NCBI GenBank assembly: GCA_022574315.1
Contig: JACZSH010000001.1
Location: forward strand, 1 to 37,621
DNA: 37,621 nt
Direction of reading: 5' to 3'
Source of the DNA: Chloroflexota bacterium
Lineage (GTDB): Bacteria > Chloroflexota > Dehalococcoidia > Dehalococcoidales > RBG-16-60-22
Shown piece after piece: positions 9,226 to 17,405 of the stretch. Under the pieces are notes generated by a model. It did no database searches, was not told where the DNA came from, and was given only the letters and a program-made list of their open reading frames with translations. Numbering within the stretch: the stretch's first letter is position 1; each line of letters opens with the position of its first letter. A program made the translations under genes and the position numbers.

Positions 9226-10242
9226 ATGATAGACAGGTATTCAAGGCAGGTCCTCTTTCGCGAAATAGGTAAAGAAGGCCAAAAAAAACTGGGCGAAAGC
9301 AGTATCGTCATCATCGGCTGCGGCGCGCTGGGGGGCATAATCGCTACTTCCCTGGTCCGTGCCGGTATCGGTAAAGTAAAGATTATTGACCGGGACTTCG
9401 TTGAATACCATAATCTGCACCGCCAGATTGTCTTCGATGAAGAGGATGTTAAAAGCCAGACGCCCAAGGCCGTCGCCGCCGAGCGCTACCTGAAAAAAGT
9501 GAACTCCACCATTGATATCGAAGGCGTGGTCGCTGACGTGAACTACTCCAACGTTGAAGACCTTGTGCGGGGCGCTGATTTAATCCTGGACGGATTGGAC
9601 AATCCGGAGACCCGCTTTACCCTTAATGACGCTGCCGTAAAACTGAAAATCCCGTGGATTTATGGGGCCGCTGTGGCCGCTTCGGGAATGACCATGAATA
9701 TTATCCCCGGCGAAACTCCCTGCTTCCGCTGTGTCTTCCCCTCTCCCCCGCCGGCCGGTATTATCCCCACCTGTGATACGGCCGGAGTCGTCGGGGCCGC
9801 TCCTTTCATCATCGGCTCCCTGCAGTCCGCGGAAGCCATAAAAATACTGGTCGGCGCCCGGCAAGTAAGCCGTGAAGTCGTCGTTATTGACGTTTGGGAA
9901 GGTACTTTTGACCGCTTTAAAGTTGAATCACGCCCGGACTGCCCCGCCTGCCAGGGTAATTATGAGTTTTTACAGGTGCAGTTAGGCATCAGGACTACCC
10001 TGCTCTGCGGGCAAAATTCCGTGCAGGTCATCGACCCTAAAATGACCGGCTTATCGTTGGAGAAAATGGCTGCGCAGCTTGAACGGCGCGGCAAAGTTAC
10101 CTGTATCGAGTCCACGTTGCACTTTAACGTGGACGCTAATGAAATGGTCATTTTCCCTGACGGACGCGTCATCCTGAAAAACAGCCTCGATGAGTCGCTG
10201 GCCCGGGAACTGTACGTCAGATACATAGATAATCAGCAGTAG
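9226..10242 (+). CDS. ThiF/MoeB/HesA-family E1-like adenylyltransferase with ~90-aa C-terminal extension
   Basis: RYSRQ...IGCGALGG nucleotide loop; two CxxC pairs (CFRC, CPAC) for the structural Zn site; TCDTAGVVG. Confidence 0.85.
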   Translation: MIDRYSRQVLFREIGKEGQKKLGESSIVIIGCGALGGIIATSLVRAGIGKVKIIDRDFVEYHNLHRQIVFDEEDVKSQTPKAVAAERYLKKVNSTIDIEGVVADVNYSNVEDLVRGADLILDGLDNPETRFTLNDAAVKLKIPWIYGAAVAASGMTMNIIPGETPCFRCVFPSPPPAGIIPTCDTAGVVGAAPFIIGSLQSAEAIKILVGARQVSREVVVIDVWEGTFDRFKVESRPDCPACQGNYEFLQVQLGIRTTLLCGQNSVQVIDPKMTGLSLEKMAAQLERRGKVTCIESTLHFNVDANEMVIFPDGRVILKNSLDESLARELYVRYIDNQQ

Positions 10243-10274
10243 TATTTAAGATAGCCTAAAGGAGAGAAGAATAA

Positions 10275-11267
10275 ATGTCGGACAACACCTCAAAAGTGGA
10301 GAAACTAAAATTCCATACCATAGAGATTCCGAAACTGACCAGGGGAATCGCCAAAGACTCCACGGAGCTCATCGGTAATACGCCTCTGGTACAGCTGAAC
10401 CGGATTACGGAAGGAGCGCAGGCTAGAGTTGTCGCCAAGCTGGAATCATTCAATCCCACTAGCAATGTGAAAGACCGCATTGGGGTGGCCATGATTGTCG
10501 ATGCCGAATCGAAAGGACTTATCAATAAAAATACCGTCATCGTCGAACCCACCAGTGGTAATACCGGCATCGCTCTGGCGTTCGTCTGCGCCGCTCGCGG
10601 TTACCGTCTTATCCTTACTATGCCGGACACGATGTCGGTGGAACGCCGCCAGCTGCTCTCCTTCTTCGGCGCCGAGCTGGTGCTGACTCCGGGTGCGGAA
10701 GGGATGCCCGGCGCCATCCGGAAAGCGGAACAGCTGGTTGCGGAAAACCCCGATTATTTCCTGCCGCAGCAGTTTAAGAATCCGTCTAATCCTGAAGTGC
10801 ACCGCGTGACCACTGCTGAGGAAATCTGGAGGGACACGGACGGTCAAGTGGATATCCTGGTCTCCGGCGTTGGTACTGGCGGCACGATTACCGGTGTTTC
10901 TGAGGTAATCAAACCGAGAAAACCGTCTTTTAAGGCTATCGCTGTTGAGCCGGTGGATTCGCCGGTCCTCTCCGGCGGCAAACCCGGCCCCCATAAGATT
11001 CAGGGGATCGGCGCCGGCTTTGTCCCCGACGTATTGAATACCAGTGTCATCGACGAGATTATCAAGGTCACCAATGAAGATGCCGGTGAAATAACACGGA
11101 GACTGGCCAGAGAGGAAGGTATCCTGGCCGGCATTTCTTCCGGAGCCGCCGTCTGGGCGGCCATCGAGGTGGCGAAGAGGCCGGAAAACAAGGGCAAGCT
11201 TATCGTGGTGGTCTTACCGGATACCGGGGAGCGCTACCTGTCTACCTGGCTCTTCCAGTCCACGTAG
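10275..11267 (+). CDS. cysK: Cysteine synthase A (O-acetylserine sulfhydrylase), with ~30-aa N-terminal extension
   Basis: [18 protein letters not shown] (PLP lysine), [33 protein letters not shown] upstream. Confidence 0.9.
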   Translation: MSDNTSKVEKLKFHTIEIPKLTRGIAKDSTELIGNTPLVQLNRITEGAQARVVAKLESFNPTSNVKDRIGVAMIVDAESKGLINKNTVIVEPTSGNTGIALAFVCAARGYRLILTMPDTMSVERRQLLSFFGAELVLTPGAEGMPGAIRKAEQLVAENPDYFLPQQFKNPSNPEVHRVTTAEEIWRDTDGQVDILVSGVGTGGTITGVSEVIKPRKPSFKAIAVEPVDSPVLSGGKPGPHKIQGIGAGFVPDVLNTSVIDEIIKVTNEDAGEITRRLAREEGILAGISSGAAVWAAIEVAKRPENKGKLIVVVLPDTGERYLSTWLFQST

Positions 11268-11330
11268 CACCGAAGGTAACGTTACCGTAAAGCATAAGTA
11301 TCTGAAAGCTTTTAAGAGAAGGGATTAAAG

Positions 11331-12287
11331 ATGGATCAAGAATTGGGAAAAGAAGCTCGCCGACTGAAAATGGACTTTGCCGAGCTCAAGAGCGGCGGAT
11401 TTATCAAGCAGACCCAGAAAGACCTCTTTACCGTCCGGCTGCGCTGCCCGGCGGGGAAATTAACATCCCGGCAGTTGCATAAAGCCGCCGAGCTTGCTGA
11501 AAAATACGGCCGTGGGGAGTTGCATAATTCCTTTCGGCAGTCAATAGAAATCCCTTATGTTCACCACCAGCACTTTGAGGCTATCGCTGCCGAGCTGAAA
11601 GAAATCGGTTGGTCGATTGCCTCTTGCGGTCCTCGCGTCAGGGTACCCATCGCCTGTGCCGGCTGTACCTGGAACCCCAATGGCCTCATGGATACTCAGA
11701 CCATGTGTCTGGAGGTGGACAAACGCTATTTCGGGACTGCCACCGGCCACCACAAATTTAAAATCTCCTTTTCCGGCTGTCCGATTGATTGTGCCCGGAC
11801 CAGGGAGGCGGATTTGGGTTTTCAGGGAATAGTTGAGCCGGGATTAGTCGAGGAACTGTGTAACGCGTGCGAAATCTGTGTCGTTACCTGCCAGGAAAAT
11901 GCCCTTGTCATGGTTAACGACCTTCCGGTAAGAGACCTGAGCAAATGCAATCACTGCGGCGACTGTATCAAAGTCTGCCCGGTAGATGCCATGATAGCCA
12001 AGAGGAAGGGATGGCTCGGCCGGGTAGGCGGCAAGCACGGGAAACACCCCCTTTACTCCTATGAGATAGCCCAGTTTGTCTCCGACGAACAGTGCTATCC
12101 GCTTATCGAGAAGACCCTGGAATGGTACCAGGCTAACGGTCAGGGCAGGGAGAGAATCGGGGCGGTGATTGCCCGCTTTGGATTACCCCGCTATCTTGAG
12201 GAGGTGGTAAGACCGCTGGGTCTGGAAATAATTGACCGGGCAGAAGATAGAAGAAAGTTCTGGGCGGGAGGCAACGTTTATTCATAG
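11331..12287 (+). CDS. Small siroheme-[4Fe-4S] sulfite reductase of the DsrAB/AsrC-like type with inserted 2x[4Fe-4S] ferredoxin domain
   Basis: Nitrite/sulfite-reductase ferredoxin-like half-domain (RLRCPAGKLTSRQL), sirohaem/cluster Cys motifs (ACAGCTWNP, FSGCPIDCAR) and two CxxCxxCxxxC(P) motifs (CNACEICVVTC, CNHCGDCIKVCP). Confidence 0.7.
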   Translation: MDQELGKEARRLKMDFAELKSGGFIKQTQKDLFTVRLRCPAGKLTSRQLHKAAELAEKYGRGELHNSFRQSIEIPYVHHQHFEAIAAELKEIGWSIASCGPRVRVPIACAGCTWNPNGLMDTQTMCLEVDKRYFGTATGHHKFKISFSGCPIDCARTREADLGFQGIVEPGLVEELCNACEICVVTCQENALVMVNDLPVRDLSKCNHCGDCIKVCPVDAMIAKRKGWLGRVGGKHGKHPLYSYEIAQFVSDEQCYPLIEKTLEWYQANGQGRERIGAVIARFGLPRYLEEVVRPLGLEIIDRAEDRRKFWAGGNVYS

Positions 12288-12339
12288 CCTCACCCGGGGC
12301 GGTAACCCTTGACGTTGATAGAATTGAAGGAGTTGACTT

Positions 12340-13065
12340 ATGGATGACAAAATAGAACACGCCAAAGAACTGGTGGCCGAAGCGATAAGAAATTATCCCC
12401 GGATAGCCGTGGCTTGCTCCTTTGGCAAAGACAGCATGGTGGTCGTTCACATCGCCCGGGAGGTTGACCCGGACATCAAGATATTCGCCGTCATGACTCA
12501 GTACAAACCGGTCGAAACCTACGAATACCTCAAACTGATGAATAAAAAAATGAACCTGAACACCACCGTGTACATGGTGGCGGAAAGTGTTCCGGAAATT
12601 CTTCAGGACGACTCTATTGACATGGTGCTGTTGCCCCCCGGGGAGTTTAATCGGAAGTCCGCTCAGATTGAGGCAGTGTCGGGCAAAAAAATCTACATCT
12701 CGGACCCGGACGAATGCTGCCGATTGCTCAAGGTGGACCCCATCCGGGCTGCCGTCAGCGAGTTGGATGCCTGGATCTGCGGACTGAGAAATACCGAAGG
12801 CCGCACCAGGGTAGATTATCAGGAAGTGGAGCTTAAAGGCGGTCTCTTCAAAGTAAACCCGATTCTCACCTTCACCGAGGCCGAGATATGGCGGTACATG
12901 TCTGCCCACGGTATTGAGCCCCATCCCTGGTACGGATTGGGGTACCGCTCTCTGGGCTGCGCCCCCTGCTCGCATCCCGGCGGAGAGCATGAGCGGGACG
13001 GCCGCTGGCAGAATACCAGTAAATGTGGAGGAGAGTGTGGCATTCACACTCAAAACTTGAAGTGA
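12340..13065 (+). CDS. cysH: Adenylyl-sulfate / phosphoadenylyl-sulfate reductase (thioredoxin-dependent), Fe-S (APS-reductase) type
   Basis: PP-loop CSFGKDSMVV; CC...CxxC cluster ligands (DECCRLLK and GCAPCS); C-terminal catalytic ECGIH motif. Confidence 0.85.
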   Translation: MDDKIEHAKELVAEAIRNYPRIAVACSFGKDSMVVVHIAREVDPDIKIFAVMTQYKPVETYEYLKLMNKKMNLNTTVYMVAESVPEILQDDSIDMVLLPPGEFNRKSAQIEAVSGKKIYISDPDECCRLLKVDPIRAAVSELDAWICGLRNTEGRTRVDYQEVELKGGLFKVNPILTFTEAEIWRYMSAHGIEPHPWYGLGYRSLGCAPCSHPGGEHERDGRWQNTSKCGGECGIHTQNLK

Positions 13066-14276
13066 ACAAAGACAGATTACATAATAATAGACCGTCGGCT
13101 GCCCGGCCGGACCACCGGTTAAGGGTTTACGATGATATCACTCAGCTTATCGCCAGTCCGGAGAACCCGACGCCGCTGGTCAGGTTAAACGTGGTCAACT
13201 CGAATAAATCCTTCCAGATTTACCTCAAGCTGGAAAGATACAATCCCTTCGGTTCCATTAAAGACCGGATTGCTTACCCGATGCTGATGGCGTTATCGAG
13301 AGGCGACCGCACGGTGATTGAGCCTTCCTCGGGCAATACCGGTATTGCTCTTACCTGTGTGGCTAATGCCCTGGGGATACCGGTTGAGATTGTCGTCCCG
13401 GAGAAAATCCCGGAAGAAAAAAAGATAATGCTGAGGTTTTTGGGCGCCAAACTGACCGAGGCCGATGATGCCCTCTGCCCTCTGTATCCCACCGAGGGTG
13501 CCCGGGGTGTCGTCAACGCCCTGATAAAAAGCCCCGCCACGCGGGACAGCTATATCAGCCCCAACCAGTACGAGAATGAGCTTAATGTTCAGGCTCACTA
13601 CCGTACCACCGGGCCGGAAATATGGCAGCAGACACAGGGTAAGCTCAACTATTTCTTTGCCGGCTTTGGCACCTGCGGCACCATCACCGGTGTCGGCCGC
13701 TACCTCAAAGAGCAAAATCCGGCCATCAAGATAATCGGTGTGGAACCGGCCGCCGCCGACCATAAATTACCCGGCATGAAGCGGATTTCTGACCTGAGTG
13801 AAGAATTCGTGCCGACTATTCTGGACCGGTCGGTAATCGACGATACCATTGCGGTCACCGACGAAAGCGCTTACCGCACCGCCCTGGAACTGGCACGGAA
13901 AGAAGGTATTCCCGTCGGGCCCACCACGGGCGCCATCCTTTCCGCCGCCCTCCGCTATACCGGCTCCGCGTCAGGCCTGGCGGTGGTCATCTCTCCGGAC
14001 GACGCCTTCAAATATACCAGCTTCTACAAAGACATCCTGGAAACCAGTACCCGGGTAGTTGAAGAAGAGTATGATTTATGTGACCTGGTCTGTCCCGTTT
14101 CGAAAATGAGGGCGGCCGAAATTATCGATAACCTGGACGAGGGAGAAACCGTCAGTATCATACTGGGTGATACGGAAACACTGAAAAGTGTGGCTCAGGA
14201 GTTAAAAGCCAGGGGTATCAGACCGGAATTTGAGCGCCGGGATGGAAACAAGTTTGTCCTGACGGTTACCCGCTAA
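13062..14276 (+). CDS. CysM/CysK-like PLP-dependent sulfhydrylase fused to a C-terminal TusA/SirA-like sulfur-relay domain
   Basis: NPFGSIKDR (PLP Lys), [21 protein letters not shown]. The last ~75 aa (DLCDLVCPVSKMRAAEIIDNLDEGETVSIILGDTETLKSV) align to the TusA DxxGLxCPxP...GE.L.....D core. The GTG start at 13062 overlaps the cysH TGA (GTGA). The ATG at 13023 would overlap cysH by 43 nt. Confidence 0.78.
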   Translation: MNKDRLHNNRPSAARPDHRLRVYDDITQLIASPENPTPLVRLNVVNSNKSFQIYLKLERYNPFGSIKDRIAYPMLMALSRGDRTVIEPSSGNTGIALTCVANALGIPVEIVVPEKIPEEKKIMLRFLGAKLTEADDALCPLYPTEGARGVVNALIKSPATRDSYISPNQYENELNVQAHYRTTGPEIWQQTQGKLNYFFAGFGTCGTITGVGRYLKEQNPAIKIIGVEPAAADHKLPGMKRISDLSEEFVPTILDRSVIDDTIAVTDESAYRTALELARKEGIPVGPTTGAILSAALRYTGSASGLAVVISPDDAFKYTSFYKDILETSTRVVEEEYDLCDLVCPVSKMRAAEIIDNLDEGETVSIILGDTETLKSVAQELKARGIRPEFERRDGNKFVLTVTR

Positions 14277-14327
14277 TCGCGCTTGATGGATGGCTAAAAG
14301 ACTGGCTTGAAAGGTGGATAACAAACG

Positions 14328-14561
14328 ATGGTTCAACTCGAAAGCCGCCGGAGAAGCATTGTTAAAGCGCTGACGTGGCGAATTTTTGCTACTTTTGTTA
14401 CAATGTCAGTTGTCTACGTCTTTACCCGGGAGCTGGTATTGTCGGCGGGTATCGGCCTTGCCGACACCACCATAAAAATATTCTTTTATTACTCACACGA
14501 AAGGCTCTGGGAAAGAATTCAGTTCGGCCGAAAGAAAGTAAAAGAAGACTATACGATATAA
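14328..14561 (+). CDS. DUF2061-family small membrane protein
   Basis: 77 aa. SIVKALTWRI...FFYYSHERLWERIQFG matches my recollection of the DUF2061 consensus (K.isWR....fyYlHERvW). I recall this family being common next to sulfate-assimilation genes. Confidence 0.6.
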   Translation: MVQLESRRRSIVKALTWRIFATFVTMSVVYVFTRELVLSAGIGLADTTIKIFFYYSHERLWERIQFGRKKVKEDYTI

Positions 14562-14615
14562 TATCCTTCATACATCATTATATCATCGCTTGATTAATCA
14601 GTGAGGAGAGAGAAT

Positions 14616-15758
14616 ATGGAATTTGAGACGCTGGCCATCCACGCCGGGGAAAGGCCGGATAAAACTTATGGCGCCGTCGCCGTGCCCATCTACCAGACGT
14701 CAACTTTTGCCTTCGAAGACATCGGTAAGACCCGCGGTTTTGATTACTCACGTACCGGTAACCCCACCCGGAAGATACTGGAAGATACCATTGCCAGCCT
14801 CGAAGGAGGGAAGGCGGCCTTCGCCTTCGCCACCGGTATGGCCGCGGAAACGACCGTTATTCATCTGCTCAGCGCCGGTGACCACGTCGTCACCGGTGAC
14901 GATATCTACGGCGGCACCTACCGGCTCTTCCAGGACGTGATGACTCGTTTCGGAGTTGAATTTACTTTCGTGCGCATGGACAGCCGCCGCAATATTGAAG
15001 CCGCCATTCGACCTAACACCCGGCTGCTGTGGCTGGAGACGCCCTCTAACCCGCTGCTGAATATCGTTGACCTTGAGATGGCCGTGGACGTAGCTAAAAA
15101 ACATAACCTGTTGACGGCCATTGATAACACCTTTGCCTCTCCCTATTTCTTGAAACCCATTGAATTTGGCATTGACCTCGTCGTCCATTCCACGACCAAG
15201 TACCTCAACGGTCACTGTGATGTACTCGGCGGCGCCGTGGTCACCACCACCGATAACCTGACGGAAAGAGTCCATTTCCTCCTCAATGCGATGGGTACGC
15301 CGGCCTCCCCCTTCGATTCTTGGCTGGTGCTGCGCGGGATTGAAACGCTGCCCATAAGGATGGAACGTCATCAGGCAAATGCCTTTGCCGTGGCTGATTT
15401 CCTGGGCGGACATCCCGCCGTAAAAAAAGTATATTTCCCGGGACTTGAATCACACCCCGGCCACGATATCGCCCGGCGGCAGATGAAAGGGTTCGGCGGT
15501 ATGGTGTCCTTCGAAATAAACGGTGGCGAAAAAGAGACCAATACCTTCCTCAGAAGCATCAAGCTGTTCGTCCTCGCCGAATCACTCGGTGGTGCCGCTT
15601 CTCTCTGTGCCCACCCGGCCACCATGACCCACGCTTCCATGCCGGAAGAGCATCGTCGGAAAGTGGGTATTACCACTGAACTGGTCCGGCTGTCTATAGG
15701 CCTGGAAAACCCCGGGGATTTGATTGAAGACTTAAAACAGGCGCTGGAGTCTAGCTAA
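14616..15758 (+). CDS. Cys/Met-metabolism PLP enzyme (cystathionine gamma-synthase / beta- or gamma-lyase family)
   Basis: YSRTGNPTR, NTFASPY, HSTTKYLNGHCDVLGGAV (PLP Lys), AESLGG. ATG at 14616 is preceded by GAGGAGAG; the track ORF opens at an upstream GTG. Confidence 0.85.
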   Translation: MEFETLAIHAGERPDKTYGAVAVPIYQTSTFAFEDIGKTRGFDYSRTGNPTRKILEDTIASLEGGKAAFAFATGMAAETTVIHLLSAGDHVVTGDDIYGGTYRLFQDVMTRFGVEFTFVRMDSRRNIEAAIRPNTRLLWLETPSNPLLNIVDLEMAVDVAKKHNLLTAIDNTFASPYFLKPIEFGIDLVVHSTTKYLNGHCDVLGGAVVTTTDNLTERVHFLLNAMGTPASPFDSWLVLRGIETLPIRMERHQANAFAVADFLGGHPAVKKVYFPGLESHPGHDIARRQMKGFGGMVSFEINGGEKETNTFLRSIKLFVLAESLGGAASLCAHPATMTHASMPEEHRRKVGITTELVRLSIGLENPGDLIEDLKQALESS

Positions 15759-15768
15759 GGAGCGGGAT

Positions 15769-16992
15769 ATGTCTTATGCCAGAGCTTTACGTTGCCGAAA
15801 ATGCGGGCAGGAATACCCCCTCCAACCCCGTAGCAAATGTGATTTTTGCCTCAGTCCCCTTGAAGTCACTTATGACTACCAGGCCATGGCGGGCGTGGTA
15901 AGTCGTCAGAAAATTGAGTCCGGTTTAAAGAGCATGTGGCGCTATCGTGACCTGCTGCCGACGGAAGAAGCCGAGGTCGACGTGGGCACTGGTTTCACCC
16001 CTTTGATTAAAGCGGACAACCTGGGACGGGAGCTGGGACTGGACCGCCTGTATATCAAGAATGATTGCCTCAATCCCACCTATTCCTTCAAAGACAGGCC
16101 GGTCTCGGTGGCGGCTACCAAGGCGCGGGAATTCGGCTTTGATACCCTGGCCTGCGCCTCCACGGGGAACCTGGCCGCCAGTGTTGCCGCCCATGCTGCC
16201 AAGGCGGGTATGAAAGCCTACGTCTTTGTCCCCTCCAATGTGGAACAGGGCAAGCTGGTCGGCATCGCCATCTATAACCCGGTCCTGGTGCAGGTAGAAG
16301 GCAGCTATGACGATGTGAACCGCCTCTGCTCGGTAGTGGCCCAGAAATATAACTGGGGATTCATCAACGTTAACCTCAGGCCCTATTACGCCGAAGGCAG
16401 CAAGACGCTCGGTTTCGAAGTCGCCGAGCAGCTGGGATGGCGGGCACCCGATTGTGTCATTGCGCCCACTGCCTCGGGACTCATGTTTACCCGTATCTGG
16501 AAAGGGCTGGATGAACTGGCCATGCTCGGCTTGATTGAGCCGATAAATACCCACATGTTCCTGGCTCAGGCGGCGGGTAGTGCCCCCATTGCCAACGCCT
16601 TTGCTGCCGGCACCCTGCACGTGCATCCGGTGAAACCGGACACGATTGCCACTTCCATCGCCATCGGTAACCCGGCGGACGGTTATTACGCGCTCCAGGT
16701 AGCCAGGCAATCCGACGGTGGGGCCTGTACTGTTACCGACGAGGAAACCATCGCGGCCATGAAATTACTCGCCCAGACGGAAGGTATTTTCGCCGAGGCG
16801 GTTGGCGGCGTGGTCATCGGAGCTTTGAAAAAAATGACTGCCGCCGGAATGCTCAAGAAGGACGACCTGACGGTTGCTTTTATCACCGGTGCCGGCCCCA
16901 GAACTCAGGAAATCGTGTCTGACGTGGTACAGCCGCTAACCATAAAAGCGAATATGGAATCCCTTGAAGAGGCGCTTGGCGTGATCGCCTGA
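15769..16992 (+). CDS. Threonine-synthase-family PLP enzyme with N-terminal Zn ribbon (ThrC or a ThrC-like homocysteine/other synthase)
   Basis: CRKCGQEY...CDFC zinc ribbon, NPTYSFKDR (PLP Lys), ACASTGNLAASVAAHA. TAAGGAG RBS. Function is ambiguous given the sulfur context. Confidence 0.8.
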   Translation: MSYARALRCRKCGQEYPLQPRSKCDFCLSPLEVTYDYQAMAGVVSRQKIESGLKSMWRYRDLLPTEEAEVDVGTGFTPLIKADNLGRELGLDRLYIKNDCLNPTYSFKDRPVSVAATKAREFGFDTLACASTGNLAASVAAHAAKAGMKAYVFVPSNVEQGKLVGIAIYNPVLVQVEGSYDDVNRLCSVVAQKYNWGFINVNLRPYYAEGSKTLGFEVAEQLGWRAPDCVIAPTASGLMFTRIWKGLDELAMLGLIEPINTHMFLAQAAGSAPIANAFAAGTLHVHPVKPDTIATSIAIGNPADGYYALQVARQSDGGACTVTDEETIAAMKLLAQTEGIFAEAVGGVVIGALKKMTAAGMLKKDDLTVAFITGAGPRTQEIVSDVVQPLTIKANMESLEEALGVIA

Positions 16993-17049
16993 GATTAACA
17001 GATTATCCTCGACGACGCGTTGTACTATGAAAAGACAGGGAGGGATAAG

Positions 17050-17292
17050 ATGTCCAGAAGGCAGGTAATGTTCACTTTTCCTCAGGAGCTGGTCACGGAG
17101 CCCCTTATCTTTGATTTGGGTCGGCAGTTCAATGTGGTGACCAGTATTCGCCGGGCCGATGTGTCGGAAAATAAGGGCTGGGTTGTTTTGGAATTGGAAG
17201 GAAACGAAGGAGATATCGAGCAGGGTCTGGCCTGGATATCCGGTAAAGGAGTCAGAGTCGACCCGGTTGATGGAGATATCGTCGAAGGCTAG
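17050..17292 (+). CDS. Stand-alone NIL-domain protein
   Basis: 80 aa from the ATG at 17050 (GGGAGGGA RBS). FPQELVTEPLIFDLGRQFNVVTSIRRADVSENKGWVVLELEG...IEQGLAWI is the NIL fold pattern known from the MetN C-terminus. Ends ...DGDIVEG. Confidence 0.7.
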   Translation: MSRRQVMFTFPQELVTEPLIFDLGRQFNVVTSIRRADVSENKGWVVLELEGNEGDIEQGLAWISGKGVRVDPVDGDIVEG

Positions 17293-17405
17293 TCGACTAT
17301 TTCACCCTGCCGTTACGCCTCGGCCGCCTGCTGGCGGCTTCAGCACCTGCTGAGCCGGTCTCCCTGGAACCCGAACCGCCGGAATCCGATGTCGAACTTG
17401 AGCCG

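Noticed and set aside
12133-13053. 306-aa ORF on the minus strand
   Set aside because: It is antisense to cysH and the end of the sulfite reductase gene. It has no motifs or RBS, and the plus-strand genes carry diagnostic signatures.
13023-13061. ATG at 13023 as the start of the CysM-TusA gene
   Set aside because: It would overlap cysH by 43 nt and add a non-conserved leader. The GTG at 13062 forms a GTGA stop-start overlap like other junctions in the window. The call remains uncertain.
15925-16710. 261-aa minus-strand ORF; similar cases are 14748-15413, 31229-31990, 20371-21072, 22062-22730 and 36721-37329
   Set aside because: All are fully nested antisense to genes with strong family signatures. 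They are Arg/Gly/Pro-rich and lack starts with an RBS, so I treat them as non-coding shadows.
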